Assembly: GCA_965237955.1 (NCBI GenBank)
Contig: OZ250169.1
Location: 4,672,001 to 4,736,000 of the forward strand
Direction of reading: 5' to 3'
Origin: Candidatus Marinacidobacterales bacterium
GTDB taxonomy: Bacteria; Acidobacteriota; Vicinamibacteria; Marinacidobacterales; SMYC01
Length of the DNA: 64,000 nt
Each line of letters begins with the position of its first letter. Position 1 is the first letter of the stretch. A program made the translations under genes and the position numbers. Under the pieces are notes generated by a model, which was not told the DNA's origin, made no database searches, and was given only the letters and a program-made list of their open reading frames with translations. Positions 1 to 8,778 of this stretch are shown here, in pieces.

Positions 1-1
1 G

Positions 2-916
2 ATGGGCGGCCGCGTACCGCTAGGCTATGAGAAGGACGGGCGCACGCTGCGCATCAACGAGGCTGAGGCCGAAACGGTCCGGACGCTCTATGCGCTGTAC
101 CGAAAGCACGAAACGCTCCGGCAGGTGAAGGCCGAGGCGGACCGCCTGAGACTGCGTACCAAGCAACGCTTCACCGCGGATGGAACCCGAACGGGCGGGC
201 TGCCGTTCCGTCGCGGACACCTCCACTGCCTGCTGACCAATCCTCTCTACGCCGGCCGCATCCGGCACCAGAGGCGTGTCTACGAGGGCCAGCATCCATC
301 GATCATTGCTCCGGAGCTCTGGGACGCGGTCCAGGCGCAGCTGCAGGCAGGGGCTGCCAAACCAAGGAGACGCACGACGAAGGGCCGTGCAGCCCGTTCC
401 CCACTGGCAGGCAAGCTCTTCGACGAGACCGGGGACCGGCTGACGCCGAGCCACACCAAAAAGAAAAACGGGCAACGGCTCCGCTACTACGTCTCCCGGC
501 GCCTCATCCAGCACAGTGGCCAAAAGGACCTCTCCGGCTGGCGACTGCCCGCCCCGATGCTGGAACAGACCGTCGTGCATCTCATCCGACAGCATGTGGA
601 TGCCACGACCTTCTCGGCCTCGTTGATCCACACTCCGACGATGCAAGAGCTCGCCTCGGTGCGTCGCTTTTTAGACGGGCTGTGTTCCGGCAGTAATAAT
701 GATAGTGCCTCGGCAGCCCCCCTGCTCCGTCTTATCCGGCGGGTCGACATCAGCCCCGGCTCTGTGTCCATCCTGCTCGACCGCAATGCGTTCGCTGCTT
801 GCCTCTCTATGGGACCCGAACGCATTCGCGAGGATGCACTCCGCATCCTCGCACCGTTCCGCTTGCGTCGACGCGGCGTCGAGACCAAGCTCGTTCTGGG
901 CAACCCCACGAACTGA
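2..916 (+). pseudogene. Large serine (site-specific) recombinase, partial: 5' end outside the window, 3' end cut by an IS3 end
   Basis: MGGRVPLGY, LLTNPLYAGRI..YEGQHPSII, LFDETGDRLTPSHT..RLRYYVS motifs of the recombinase family; the stop codon is supplied by the TGA of the IS3 end at 914. Confidence 0.85.
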
Positions 917-1062
917 ACCGCCCCGGGTTTTCCGGAGACTGTTTTAGTTGAGTCTCGCCATCTCTAGCGAGCCTTCCTGCGACCGATAGTAGTTCATCTC
1001 GTACTCGACCGGAGAGACATTTCCGATCGGCTCCAAGAGTCGTTGCGTGTTGTACCAATGGA
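914..1062 (-). mobile_element. IS3-family right end remnant (IRR plus last codons of orfB)
   Basis: Begins TGAACCGCCCCGGG; near-identical to 6569-6717, where it is continuous with an IS3 orfB fragment. Confidence 0.9.
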
Positions 1063-1065
1063 CCC

Positions 1066-1124
1066 CGTCCTGTGCCAAAACTCGGCCCTTTTGAAATAGA
1101 CCATAAATCAGCAGCTTAGTGTCT
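1066..1124 (+). repeat. rve-element left end, copy 1 (truncated)
   Basis: CGTCCTGTGCCAAAACTCGGCCCTTTTGAAATAGACCATAAATCAGCAGCTTAGTGTCT matches the region upstream of transposase 7708-8778. Confidence 0.95.
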
Positions 1125-1136
1125 ATGGCGCGCTCC

Positions 1137-1203
1137 CGTGAACGGCTTGCCGGGTTGCTACGTTTCTACCATAGGGAAGCCGCATGAGTATTTTGACCTT
1201 ACG
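1137..1203 (+). mobile_element. Right end of a related rve-family IS (last codons plus TIR)
   Basis: Translates RERLAGLLRFYHREAA* (compare [15 protein letters not shown] of 7708-8778), followed by GTATTTTGACCTTACG. Confidence 0.8.
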
Positions 1204-1276
1204 GGCACTCCCACAGGAAACGGGGAGAAACAGATAGGCCGCGCCTACGGAGCACCGTGCCAGCCCTCGACCCTAC
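1204..1276 (+). ncRNA. Group II intron 3' remnant (part of domain 6)
   Basis: Near-identical to the reverse complement of 4539-4611; ends CCCTCGACCCTAC. Confidence 0.85.
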
Positions 1277-1384
1277 CGCGATGGAGCCTGACCAGAAGCC
1301 TGCTGGGCCGGACAGTTCCCCCGCTGATGCCCAGGGTGCCGACTATAATAGTGATGAAGGAGCCTCATCGGTGGGCCTTTTATC

Positions 1385-1460
1385 GGCCCGGTCGCAAACA
1401 CAGACACTAAGCTGCTGATTTATGGTCTATTTCGAAAGGGTCGAGTTTTGGCACAGGACG
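1385..1460 (-). repeat. rve-element left end, copy 2
   Basis: ...CTAAGCTGCTGATTTATGGTCTATTTCGAAAGGGTCGAGTTTTGGCACAGGACG. Confidence 0.95.
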
Positions 1461-1552
1461 GGGTCAGGTCAGCTGAAAGACAGGGTCTGCAAATTGCTGG
1501 CGGAAGAGCCCGGTTTAACGGACCGGAAGACCACCACCGCACTCGGCACATC

Positions 1553-3775
1553 GTGACCGGTGCGGCCAGGCGACAACAGAAAGCGCCAAACCAGGAGGTT
1601 CTGGCTGGCCTCGTCGAGCGGGTGACGTTCCACAACGCCGATAATGGATTCTGCGTTCTGCGCATCAAGGCCCGGGGTCATCGCGATCTTGTGACGGTCG
1701 CCGGGCACGCCGCCATCGTTTCGGCCGGGGAGTGGGTCACGGCAGCGGGGGAATGGGTCAACGATCGCACCCACGGCCAGCAATTCAAGGCGGGCTTCAT
1801 GCGCACCTCGGAGCCATCGTCGATCGACGGCATCGAGAAATACCTTGGCTCCGGCATGATCCACGGCATCGGGCCGGTCTACGCTAGGAAGATGGTCAAG
1901 GCGTTTGGCGAAAAGGTATTCGATATCATCGAGGCCGAGCCGGAACGACTGCGCGAGGTGACCGGCATCGGCCGTGTGCGTGCCAAACGCATCACCGACG
2001 CCTGGGCGGAACAGAAGATCGTTCGCGAGATCATGGTGTTCCTGCACAGCCATGGCATCGGCACGGCGCGCGCGGTGCGGATCTACAAGACCTACGGCGT
2101 GGATGCCGTTCAGGTCATGACCGAGAACCCGTACCGCCTTGCACGAGATATTCGCGGCATCGGGTTCAAGACCGCCGACATGATCGCCATGAAGCTCGGC
2201 ATCGAGAAAACAGCCATGATCCGGGTTCGCGCGGGGATTTCTCATGCGCTCACCGAGGCGATGGACGATGGTCATTGCGGCCTGCCGGCCGAAGAGCTTG
2301 CACCGCTCGCCGTCGAATTATTGGAAGTGTCAAAGGAGTTGGTTCAAGACGCGCTGGACCTCGAACTGGCAGAAGGCACCGTCGTCGCTGCGGCGGTTGC
2401 CGGAACTCCCTGTATATTCCTTGGCGGCCTCTACCGTGCCGAACGGGTGATCGCCGAGAGGGTTCTCCGGATTACGGGCGGCAAGCTTCCTTGGCCGGAT
2501 ATCGATGCCGGCAAGGCGCTACCCTGGGTCGAGGGGAAGACCGGTCTGTCGCTGGCGGCAAGCCAGGCCGAGGCGGTTCGCCTAGCCCTGACCTCCAAGG
2601 CATTGGTCATCACCGGCGGGCCGGGCGTGGGCAAAACGACCATCGTCAACGCCATCCTGCGCATCCTGGCCGCCAAGGGCGTGACCCTGCTGCTCTGCGC
2701 CCCAACCGGCCGCGCCGCCAAGCGGATGACCGAGGCCACCGGGTTCGAGGCGAAAACGATCCACCGGCTACTCGAAGTCGATCCCAAGGGCGGTGGGTTC
2801 AAGCGCAACGGCAACAACCCTCTCGATTGCGGCCTGCTGGTCGTTGACGAGACCTCGATGGTGGACGTCATGCTGATGCAGGCCTTGCTGAAGGCGGTCC
2901 CCGACACTGCCGCGCTACTGATCGTGGGAGATATCGACCAACTGCCCTCGGTCGGTCCGGGCCAGGTACTGGCCAGCATCATCGCCTCCGGTGCCGTCTC
3001 GGTCGTGCGGCTGACCGAGGTTTTCCGTCAGGCCGCGCGAAGCCGGATCGTCACCAGCGCGCACGGGATCAACCGGGGTTCCATTCCCAATCTTTCGAAG
3101 CCCGAGGGCGACAGCGACTTCTACTTCGTGCAGGCGGACAATCCGGAAACCGCGGTGCCGATGATCATCGAATTGGTGAAGACGCGCATCCCAAGGCGCT
3201 TCGGGCTCGATCCGATCCGCGACATCCAGGTACTGTGTCCGATGAACCGCGGCGGCGTCGGCGCCCGCTCGCTCAACATCGAGCTGCAGACCGCCCTCAA
3301 TCCGGCCGGAGAGCGCAAGGTCGAGCGCTTCGGCTGGACCTTCGCGCCCGGCGACAAGGTGATGCAGATCGAAAACGATTATGACAAGGAGGTTTATAAC
3401 GGTGACATCGGCTATATCGACGATGTCGATCCCGAAGTCGGCGAGCTGACCGCGCATGTCGACGGGCGCGCCGTCGCCTATGGCTTCGGCGAGCTTGACA
3501 CGCTGGTTCCGGCATACGCTGCAACCATTCACAAGAGCCAGGGTTCGGAGTATCCCGCCGTCGTCATCCCCGTTCTGACCCAGCACTACGTTATGTTGCA
3601 GCGGAACCTGCTCTACACCGGCGTGACACGCGGCAAACGGCTGGTTGTGCTGGTCGGCCAGAAGAAGGCTGTGGCCATCGCCGTGCGCAATGTCTCGGGA
3701 CGGCGGCGGTGGTCGAAACTGGATGAATGGCTCGGCGATGCGGGAAACCGGCTTGCTCTCTCTTCCGGCAGCTGA
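1553..3775 (+). CDS. recD2: ATP-dependent RecD-like (RecD2) SF1B DNA helicase
   Basis: N-terminal GLVERVTFHN..FCVLR, HhH region, Walker A GGPGVGKT, VVDETSM, YAATIHKSQGSEY, LLYTGVTR; start codon uncertain (the ORF-track start at 1448 lies inside the repeat). Confidence 0.93.
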   Translation: MTGAARRQQKAPNQEVLAGLVERVTFHNADNGFCVLRIKARGHRDLVTVAGHAAIVSAGEWVTAAGEWVNDRTHGQQFKAGFMRTSEPSSIDGIEKYLGSGMIHGIGPVYARKMVKAFGEKVFDIIEAEPERLREVTGIGRVRAKRITDAWAEQKIVREIMVFLHSHGIGTARAVRIYKTYGVDAVQVMTENPYRLARDIRGIGFKTADMIAMKLGIEKTAMIRVRAGISHALTEAMDDGHCGLPAEELAPLAVELLEVSKELVQDALDLELAEGTVVAAAVAGTPCIFLGGLYRAERVIAERVLRITGGKLPWPDIDAGKALPWVEGKTGLSLAASQAEAVRLALTSKALVITGGPGVGKTTIVNAILRILAAKGVTLLLCAPTGRAAKRMTEATGFEAKTIHRLLEVDPKGGGFKRNGNNPLDCGLLVVDETSMVDVMLMQALLKAVPDTAALLIVGDIDQLPSVGPGQVLASIIASGAVSVVRLTEVFRQAARSRIVTSAHGINRGSIPNLSKPEGDSDFYFVQADNPETAVPMIIELVKTRIPRRFGLDPIRDIQVLCPMNRGGVGARSLNIELQTALNPAGERKVERFGWTFAPGDKVMQIENDYDKEVYNGDIGYIDDVDPEVGELTAHVDGRAVAYGFGELDTLVPAYAATIHKSQGSEYPAVVIPVLTQHYVMLQRNLLYTGVTRGKRLVVLVGQKKAVAIAVRNVSGRRRWSKLDEWLGDAGNRLALSSGS

Positions 3776-3848
3776 TCCAGGAAGTGCGGTCGCTAGCGGC
3801 GTGCGGCGGTGGTTGCCGGTGGCCCTGCTGGTGGTCAATGGATGGTAC

Positions 3849-3977
3849 TGGATCTGAAGATAGCACCCTCGGGCCAGACGATTGTAAAGCCCACGGCCCT
3901 TGGCCCGGTCGCAAACACAGACACTAAGCTGCTGATTTATGGCCTATTTCAAAAGGGCCGAGTTTTGGCACAGGACG
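3849..3977 (-). repeat. rve-element left end, copy 3 (complete 129 bp non-coding end)
   Basis: Matches 8778-8906 and stops at the position equivalent to the transposase ATG. Confidence 0.95.
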
Positions 3978-4369
3978 ACATACATTGGGATCCTTTACTG
4001 GCGGTTGCAGTCATAGGTGTGATGGCCTTGCAGGCATCGCATGCGAGAAGTGAGGTTCGAGCGAGAATTGAAGCGCAGATTCTCACCGCAGCGGAGAAGC
4101 TCAACGATGCAGAGTTGGAAGCGGAGAAAAAAGAACTGGTCTCGGATTTAATTCTCGCCGGACTCGTCGGCTGCACTTGGTGGGAGCCCAACGGCCAAGC
4201 GAGGGCGTCGGCGCTGGCAATGCTACTCGAGCAGCTGGCGGAAGGCGATTCGTCTCCGGTGTTCTTAAGAAGCAGGCTCTTTATCCTGCGCTTGTATGAC
4301 GCCCTTCCCGTGAGTCAGGCACGACAATTCTGGCGTGTGCGGAATTTGTTGCGACGGATGAAGTCGTAG
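3978..4369 (+). pseudogene. C-terminal fragment of an unknown helical protein
   Basis: Open frame of about 130 codons with no native start; it begins exactly at the repeat tip. Confidence 0.55.
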
Positions 4370-4451
4370 TGGTGCTTCTGTCATCAGAGGTAAGGGCAGT
4401 CTGTAAGGCGGACGCCCTGGGGGTATTGTCTGGCTGCCGGTCGACCGACCT

Positions 4452-4506
4452 CGTCCTGTGCCAAAACTCGGCCCTCTTGAAATAGACCATAAATCAGCAG
4501 CTTAGT
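4452..4506 (+). repeat. rve-element left end, copy 4 (truncated)
   Basis: CGTCCTGTGCCAAAACTCGGCCCTCTTGAAATAGACCATAAATCAGCAGCTTAGT. Confidence 0.95.
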
Positions 4507-4538
4507 TGTGATCCGCAAAAAAGAAAATCGCGTACCCG

Positions 4539-5440
4539 GTAAGGTCGAGGGCTGGCGCGGTGCTCCGTAGGCGCGGCCTATCTGTTTCTCCCCGTTTCCT
4601 ATGGGAGTGCCTCACTAGCCGCACCGTAAGTCCGTTTCCAGCCCCCGCCACATCGCACGCAGCGTGCGGCTTTCCCGCACTACGCGCTCCTGCACACTTC
4701 CCGCGAAGGGTTATGTGACCTATCGAGCCGGGGCGTCTTTCGGCGAATCTACGAGATATCGAACTCGGTAATCTGTGAACAGTCCGACAGTCGCCTACAT
4801 CCATCGCCTGCTCCATCGCTTCCAGCCGAAACCTTGGCGCAAGAAGCGCCAAGACTTCTCGGCCTTCGCCTTGACGTATATCCTTCATCTCAGCTCCTGC
4901 AGAGTGATGGGTGATTTTGTCATCTCACCCCTGCCTCGCTTGTTGACGAAGGAGTTGTGTGCAGCAGGGCCCCTTTGCTCCACGGGCGTTGCCCCGTTTC
5001 AACGCTACTACGGACCCAGCCGCCACCGTCTCGTCTTCAACCGTTTTCCCGGGGCCTCCGGTTATGCGGTCTACCTTGCTCCGTCGATTTCTCGACGGGA
5101 CGAGGACGGCTTCTCCAGTTGCTTGGCATGTCCTTGTCACCGTGCTGTCCCTACCACCCCGCCAGAGGGATGTGCCTCATCAGATAGTCTGGCGACACAT
5201 CCCTGTTGCCTTCGTCCGACACGAGAAAACTCGGCCTCTGGGGTCTATTTTTTTGTCGGGGCCACCTATGGGTTCACTTGTGTTACGGCCCGGTGACTCG
5301 CTCACCATCCTCAAGATGGCTTTGTCAGTCAGCTTCATCCGTCTCGTTTCCTCCACGAACGTGACTCAAGCTACGGGGCGCTAACTTTTTCCCCGGTGGG
5401 ACTCTCTCCCACTGAACATGCCAGCCTTCGCTGGACGCAC
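4539..5440 (-). ncRNA. Group II intron ribozyme, effectively ORF-less (902 nt)
   Basis: 5' GTGCGTCCAG at 5440; D5-like GCGCGTAGTGCGGGAAAGCCGCACGCTGCGTGC at about 4655-4687; 3' end CGACCTTAC; remnant of the intron-encoded protein (IEP) inside. Confidence 0.9.
4720..4923 (-). pseudogene. Internally deleted group II intron reverse transcriptase/maturase remnant
   Basis: MTKSPITLQELR*RIYVKAKAEKSWRF fused to LRQGFGWKRWSRRWM*ATVGLFTDYRVRY, resembling the N- and C-termini of bacterial IEPs; two in-frame stops and no RT core. Confidence 0.8.
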
Positions 5441-5938
5441 TCGTGTCCAAAAATACAAACGAACTCTAAGACCCGCGCGCCGGGACGTCGCCGAGTTCAT
5501 CTATCATTATCATGGAGAGTGCAACCATCAAGGGCTTGGCAACACGTTTGTATTTTGGACACGACGGCATCGCTTATGAACCACTCTCATCGCAGCCTCC
5601 TTCACGTCGCACCGGCGTGGAGCCCACGAACTTGTAATCTAATAGACGCGCTCAACAATCCAAGCTGGATAGAAAACGCAATTTGGGGTACGCGCAGGAC
5701 TCCCAGCCAAACTTGACAACGGGCTCAGTCGCACCAACGTTGAGCCGACCTCTGAGCCGGTGCCATCTACAGAGACTACCGCGTTTCATTCATACGGGGT
5801 GGCCGTCAGGCCGTGAAAAACTTGACAGTACCATCCGAAACGCTCCGGCTGATGCAAGTCTTGAGTTCGTTCGTGTTTTTTGACACGACGCGCTCACTCA
5901 AACGATTGTGCGGCCGGCAGCGAAAATGTAGCGGGCGC

Positions 5939-6199
5939 CTAAGGGAGTGGACCGATCCGACCGGGAGCCTCGAAACTTCGGGCTCGCTTCCAAGCTCTCA
6001 TGAGCTCATCCTGATGTTGAGAGGCCCACTCCACAACGAGACCGGTCGCGCGAGCGGGAAGGCGGCCTGCCGTCAGCGATAGCGTCTCGATGGCAAAGAG
6101 AGCCTCGTCGGACCCGTAATACGCATGGAAATGAGGAGGGGCATGATCGTTGAAGAACATCCGCACGACGATGCCATAAAACCGGCTTAGCTCAGGCAT
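5939..6199 (-). CDS. DUF4160 family protein (putative toxin)
   Basis: MPELSRFYGIVVRMFFNDHAPPHFHAYY...VVEWASQHQDEL..W family pattern. Confidence 0.85.
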   Translation of the reverse strand: MPELSRFYGIVVRMFFNDHAPPHFHAYYGSDEALFAIETLSLTAGRLPARATGLVVEWASQHQDELMRAWKRARSFEAPGRIGPLP

Positions 6200-6482
6200 C
6201 TACATCGGCGACCGATATTCGAGGAAAAACCTCCTCCGGCTTCTTTCCGGTTAGCTCGAGGTAGATGCTGTCCGGGCATAGCTCGATGTCTTTGTTCCAC
6301 GCGATGCTTCCGTGGGGGCTCACGTGGACGGTCTCGAAGAATGCAGGATCACTCCACGACGAGAATATGCCCTTGCCGACGAAGGGAATGAGGTCCACCT
6401 CGCCTTCGGTGCCATCCTCGTAACGCACCCAAATCTTGTACTTGGGCAACGCTCGAACTTCGCGAACCTTCAACATGCCCAC
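6192..6482 (-). CDS. DUF2442 family protein (putative antitoxin)
   Basis: V..L..YKIWVRYEDGTEGEVDL...GSIAW..IELCPDSIY pattern; overlaps the DUF4160 gene by 8 nt. Confidence 0.85.
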   Translation of the reverse strand: MGMLKVREVRALPKYKIWVRYEDGTEGEVDLIPFVGKGIFSSWSDPAFFETVHVSPHGSIAWNKDIELCPDSIYLELTGKKPEEVFPRISVADVDA

Positions 6483-6568
6483 ATTGTAGCACCTCCGGCT
6501 GTGCCTTCTATATATTCATCCACGCGCACCGAACTTGATCAGTCTCCGGTCTGCCGGCAGAAACAGAC

Positions 6569-7075
6569 TGAACCGCCCTGGGTTTTCCGGAGACTGTTTT
6601 AGTTGAGTCTCGCCATCTCTAGCGAGCCTTCCTGCGACCGATAGTAGTTCATCTCGTACTCGACCGGGGGGACATTTCCGATCGGCTCCAAGAGTCGTTG
6701 CGTGTTGTACCAATGCACCCACTCGAGGGTGGCGAACTCGACGTCCTCAGGACCACGCCAGGGCCCGCGTCGACGGATCACCTCGGTCTTGTAGAGGCCG
6801 ATGATGGATTCAGCCAAAGCGTTATCGTAAGAGTCGCCTCGGCTGCCGACGGACGGCTCAACACCCGCCTCGGCGAGCCGCTCGGTGTAACGGGTCGAGA
6901 CGTACTGCACGCCGCGATCGCTGTGATGCACCAATGGATCTTCTGGGTTTAGTCGGCGCTCGTGCAGCGCCTGCTCCAACGCATCGAGAGCGATGCCGGC
7001 AGTCAACGATGTCGTCGCTCGCCAACCGACGATGAGTCGAGCGAAGATGTCGATGACGAAGGCGACATACACGCC
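6569..7075 (-). mobile_element. IS3-family element, 3' fragment (orfB integrase core plus IRR)
   Basis: VYVAFVIDIFARLIVGW, HHSDRGVQY, GDSYDNALAES, WVHWYN..R motifs; IRR ...GGCGGTTCA. Confidence 0.93.
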
Positions 7076-7440
7076 AGAAGTCGACATCAGAGGCGGACAG
7101 CAAGCTCGCCATCGTCTCGTCTGCGTCGAAGAGTTCGACACCGCGCATAGCATGGAGACAAATTCGCAGTCCAACTCGCCCGGGAAGGCTCTTCAAGCCA
7201 GTTACAAGGCTCCTCGTACGATCTCGATCTAGAATCGCGGCCTGAGGCAAAGAGTCCATCAGCACTCGAACTAAGAAATTAACACCTCCGTGGCCTTCGT
7301 TCTGAACGTGCCCTTCAATAGACGGCACTTCGGAATCGTTGCAGTCATAGTCGTCTGCAATCAGGTCAAGTTCCGATTGCAGTTCAAGAGCGGACTGCAA
7401 TTCAGCGATTGCTAAGTCGAGAATCCGTCCGGCGCGATCC
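7076..7440 (-). pseudogene. Internal fragment of a large protein, possibly SIR2/DSR-like defence protein
   Basis: Open frame (SIEGHVQNE..VNFLV..LPGRVGLRICLHAMR..LFDADE..VDFW) cut at both ends by mobile-element sequence; family assignment is from recalled resemblance only. Confidence 0.4.
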
Positions 7441-7580
7441 CGTCCTGTGCCAAAACTCGGCCCTTTTGAAATAGACCATAAATCAGCAACTTAGTGTCTG
7501 TGTTTGAAATAGACCATAAATCAGCAACTTAGTGTCTGTGTTTGCGACTGGACCAAGGGCCGTGGGCTTTACAATCGTCT
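7441..7580 (+). repeat. rve-element left end, copy 5, with an internal 38 bp tandem duplication
   Basis: TTTGAAATAGACCATAAATCAGCAACTTAGTGTCTGTG at 7465-7502 and 7503-7540. Confidence 0.95.
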
Positions 7581-7707
7581 TGGGCGGGCGGGTCGTCACC
7601 ATGCAGATGACCACCTAGTCGAGAGCGAATATCGAAGCGTGTTCCTGAAGCGGTTTCCACGCTACGCCGGTCGAGCCCGCCGAGGGGCTACCGTCGCCGG
7701 CGACCAT

Positions 7708-8778
7708 CTACGCGGCACGGCAGTAGTAGTTGAGAATGCCCCCAAGTCGCTCTCGCGACACGATGGGGCCAGCGTCATTCGCGCTTGCCGGCAGAGGTGT
7801 GAGGAGCTCGTTGCCGAGACCTTGGTGGTTCCGTTCTGTGTGATAGTGCACTACGTATTCGGTTACTGCTGTGCGCAGGTGTCGCTCACTGAGAGGTACG
7901 AAGCGGTCGAGACACTCTCGACGTATGGAGAGAACGAATCTTTCCGCATATGCGTTCAGATTCGGACTATTAGCGGGAAGGCGAAGGGGCTTCACGCCTG
8001 AATCTCTCAACAGCCCACGTACCGCCTCGGTGAATAGCGGGTCTCGGTCGTGGATGAGGTATCGCTTGCCAAGGAGGAAACCATCCCACATGTCAGTGAG
8101 GTTTCTTGCCACCTGCTTCATCCACTCCCCGTTGGGGTCCGACGTTATCCCACCGATGCACACGCAGCGAGTGGCGATATCGATGACAAACAGGACATGG
8201 TAGCGGACGAGCCCGAACGGGTTCACAACCTCGACGGTGAACAGGTCTGTCGCAGCGATGGCACCCCAATGAGCCTTGATGAAGGTGCTCCACGACATGC
8301 TCCTGCCCCGCTCCGGCGCAGGAGCAATACCGTGCTCGGCGAGGATCCTCTTGATAGTGTTGCGTCCGAGTTCATGTCCTAGGTTCTTGAGTGCGCCTCG
8401 CAGGCGCGTATATCCCCACGTCGGGTTCTCCCGCGCCACGCGCACAATGAGCTCACGGATGTCCTTCGCCGTCGGAGGTCGGCCTGGACTCCGGTTCTTG
8501 CTGCCATCGTACTTGGCTGCGATGAGGTGGCGGTACCAGCGCAGAAGCGTAGCGGGTGTGGCAACGGACGCAATCTGGGCCAGCGCCTCGCGGCCCAAAG
8601 CCTGGGCCTTGACCGCGAGCCTGCGCCGGTCGTCGTCCGAGAGACTGAGACGCTTGCCCCGAAGCCCGGCTCGGAGCACACGGTTCTCCTCTTGCAGGTA
8701 GTCGATCACATCCTGCTGCTGGCGGTTGACCCAGCCAGCTAGAACGAGCAGTAGGAATTGCACGTGGTACGTCATCAT
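7708..8778 (-). CDS. Integrase-core (rve) DDE transposase with N-terminal HTH, IS481-like/unclassified; appears intact
   Basis: [24 protein letters not shown] (D), LIHDRD (D), NAYAERFV (E), [19 protein letters not shown]. Confidence 0.92.
   Translation of the reverse strand: MMTYHVQFLLLVLAGWVNRQQQDVIDYLQEENRVLRAGLRGKRLSLSDDDRRRLAVKAQALGREALAQIASVATPATLLRWYRHLIAAKYDGSKNRSPGRPPTAKDIRELIVRVARENPTWGYTRLRGALKNLGHELGRNTIKRILAEHGIAPAPERGRSMSWSTFIKAHWGAIAATDLFTVEVVNPFGLVRYHVLFVIDIATRCVCIGGITSDPNGEWMKQVARNLTDMWDGFLLGKRYLIHDRDPLFTEAVRGLLRDSGVKPLRLPANSPNLNAYAERFVLSIRRECLDRFVPLSERHLRTAVTEYVVHYHTERNHQGLGNELLTPLPASANDAGPIVSRERLGGILNYYCRAA

Larger units (their letters stand above)
4537..5566. mobile_element. 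Miniature rve-family element (128 bp once the intron is removed) with about 22 bp TIRs
   Basis: CG(4537-4538)+TCGTGTCCAAAAATACAAACG(5441-5461) is the inverted repeat of CGTTTGTATTTTGGACACGACG (5545-5566); interior translates VAEFIYHYHGECNHQGLGN, matching the rve transposase C-terminus. Confidence 0.85.

Noticed and set aside
1170-1203. GGGAAGCCGCATG as group II intron domain 5
   Set aside because: It is better explained as the last codons (YHREAA*) and TIR of an rve transposase.
3809-3977. N-terminal part of ORF 3809-4369, and ORFs 8726-9028 and 807-1058
   Set aside because: They are translations of IS-end repeats, not independent genes.
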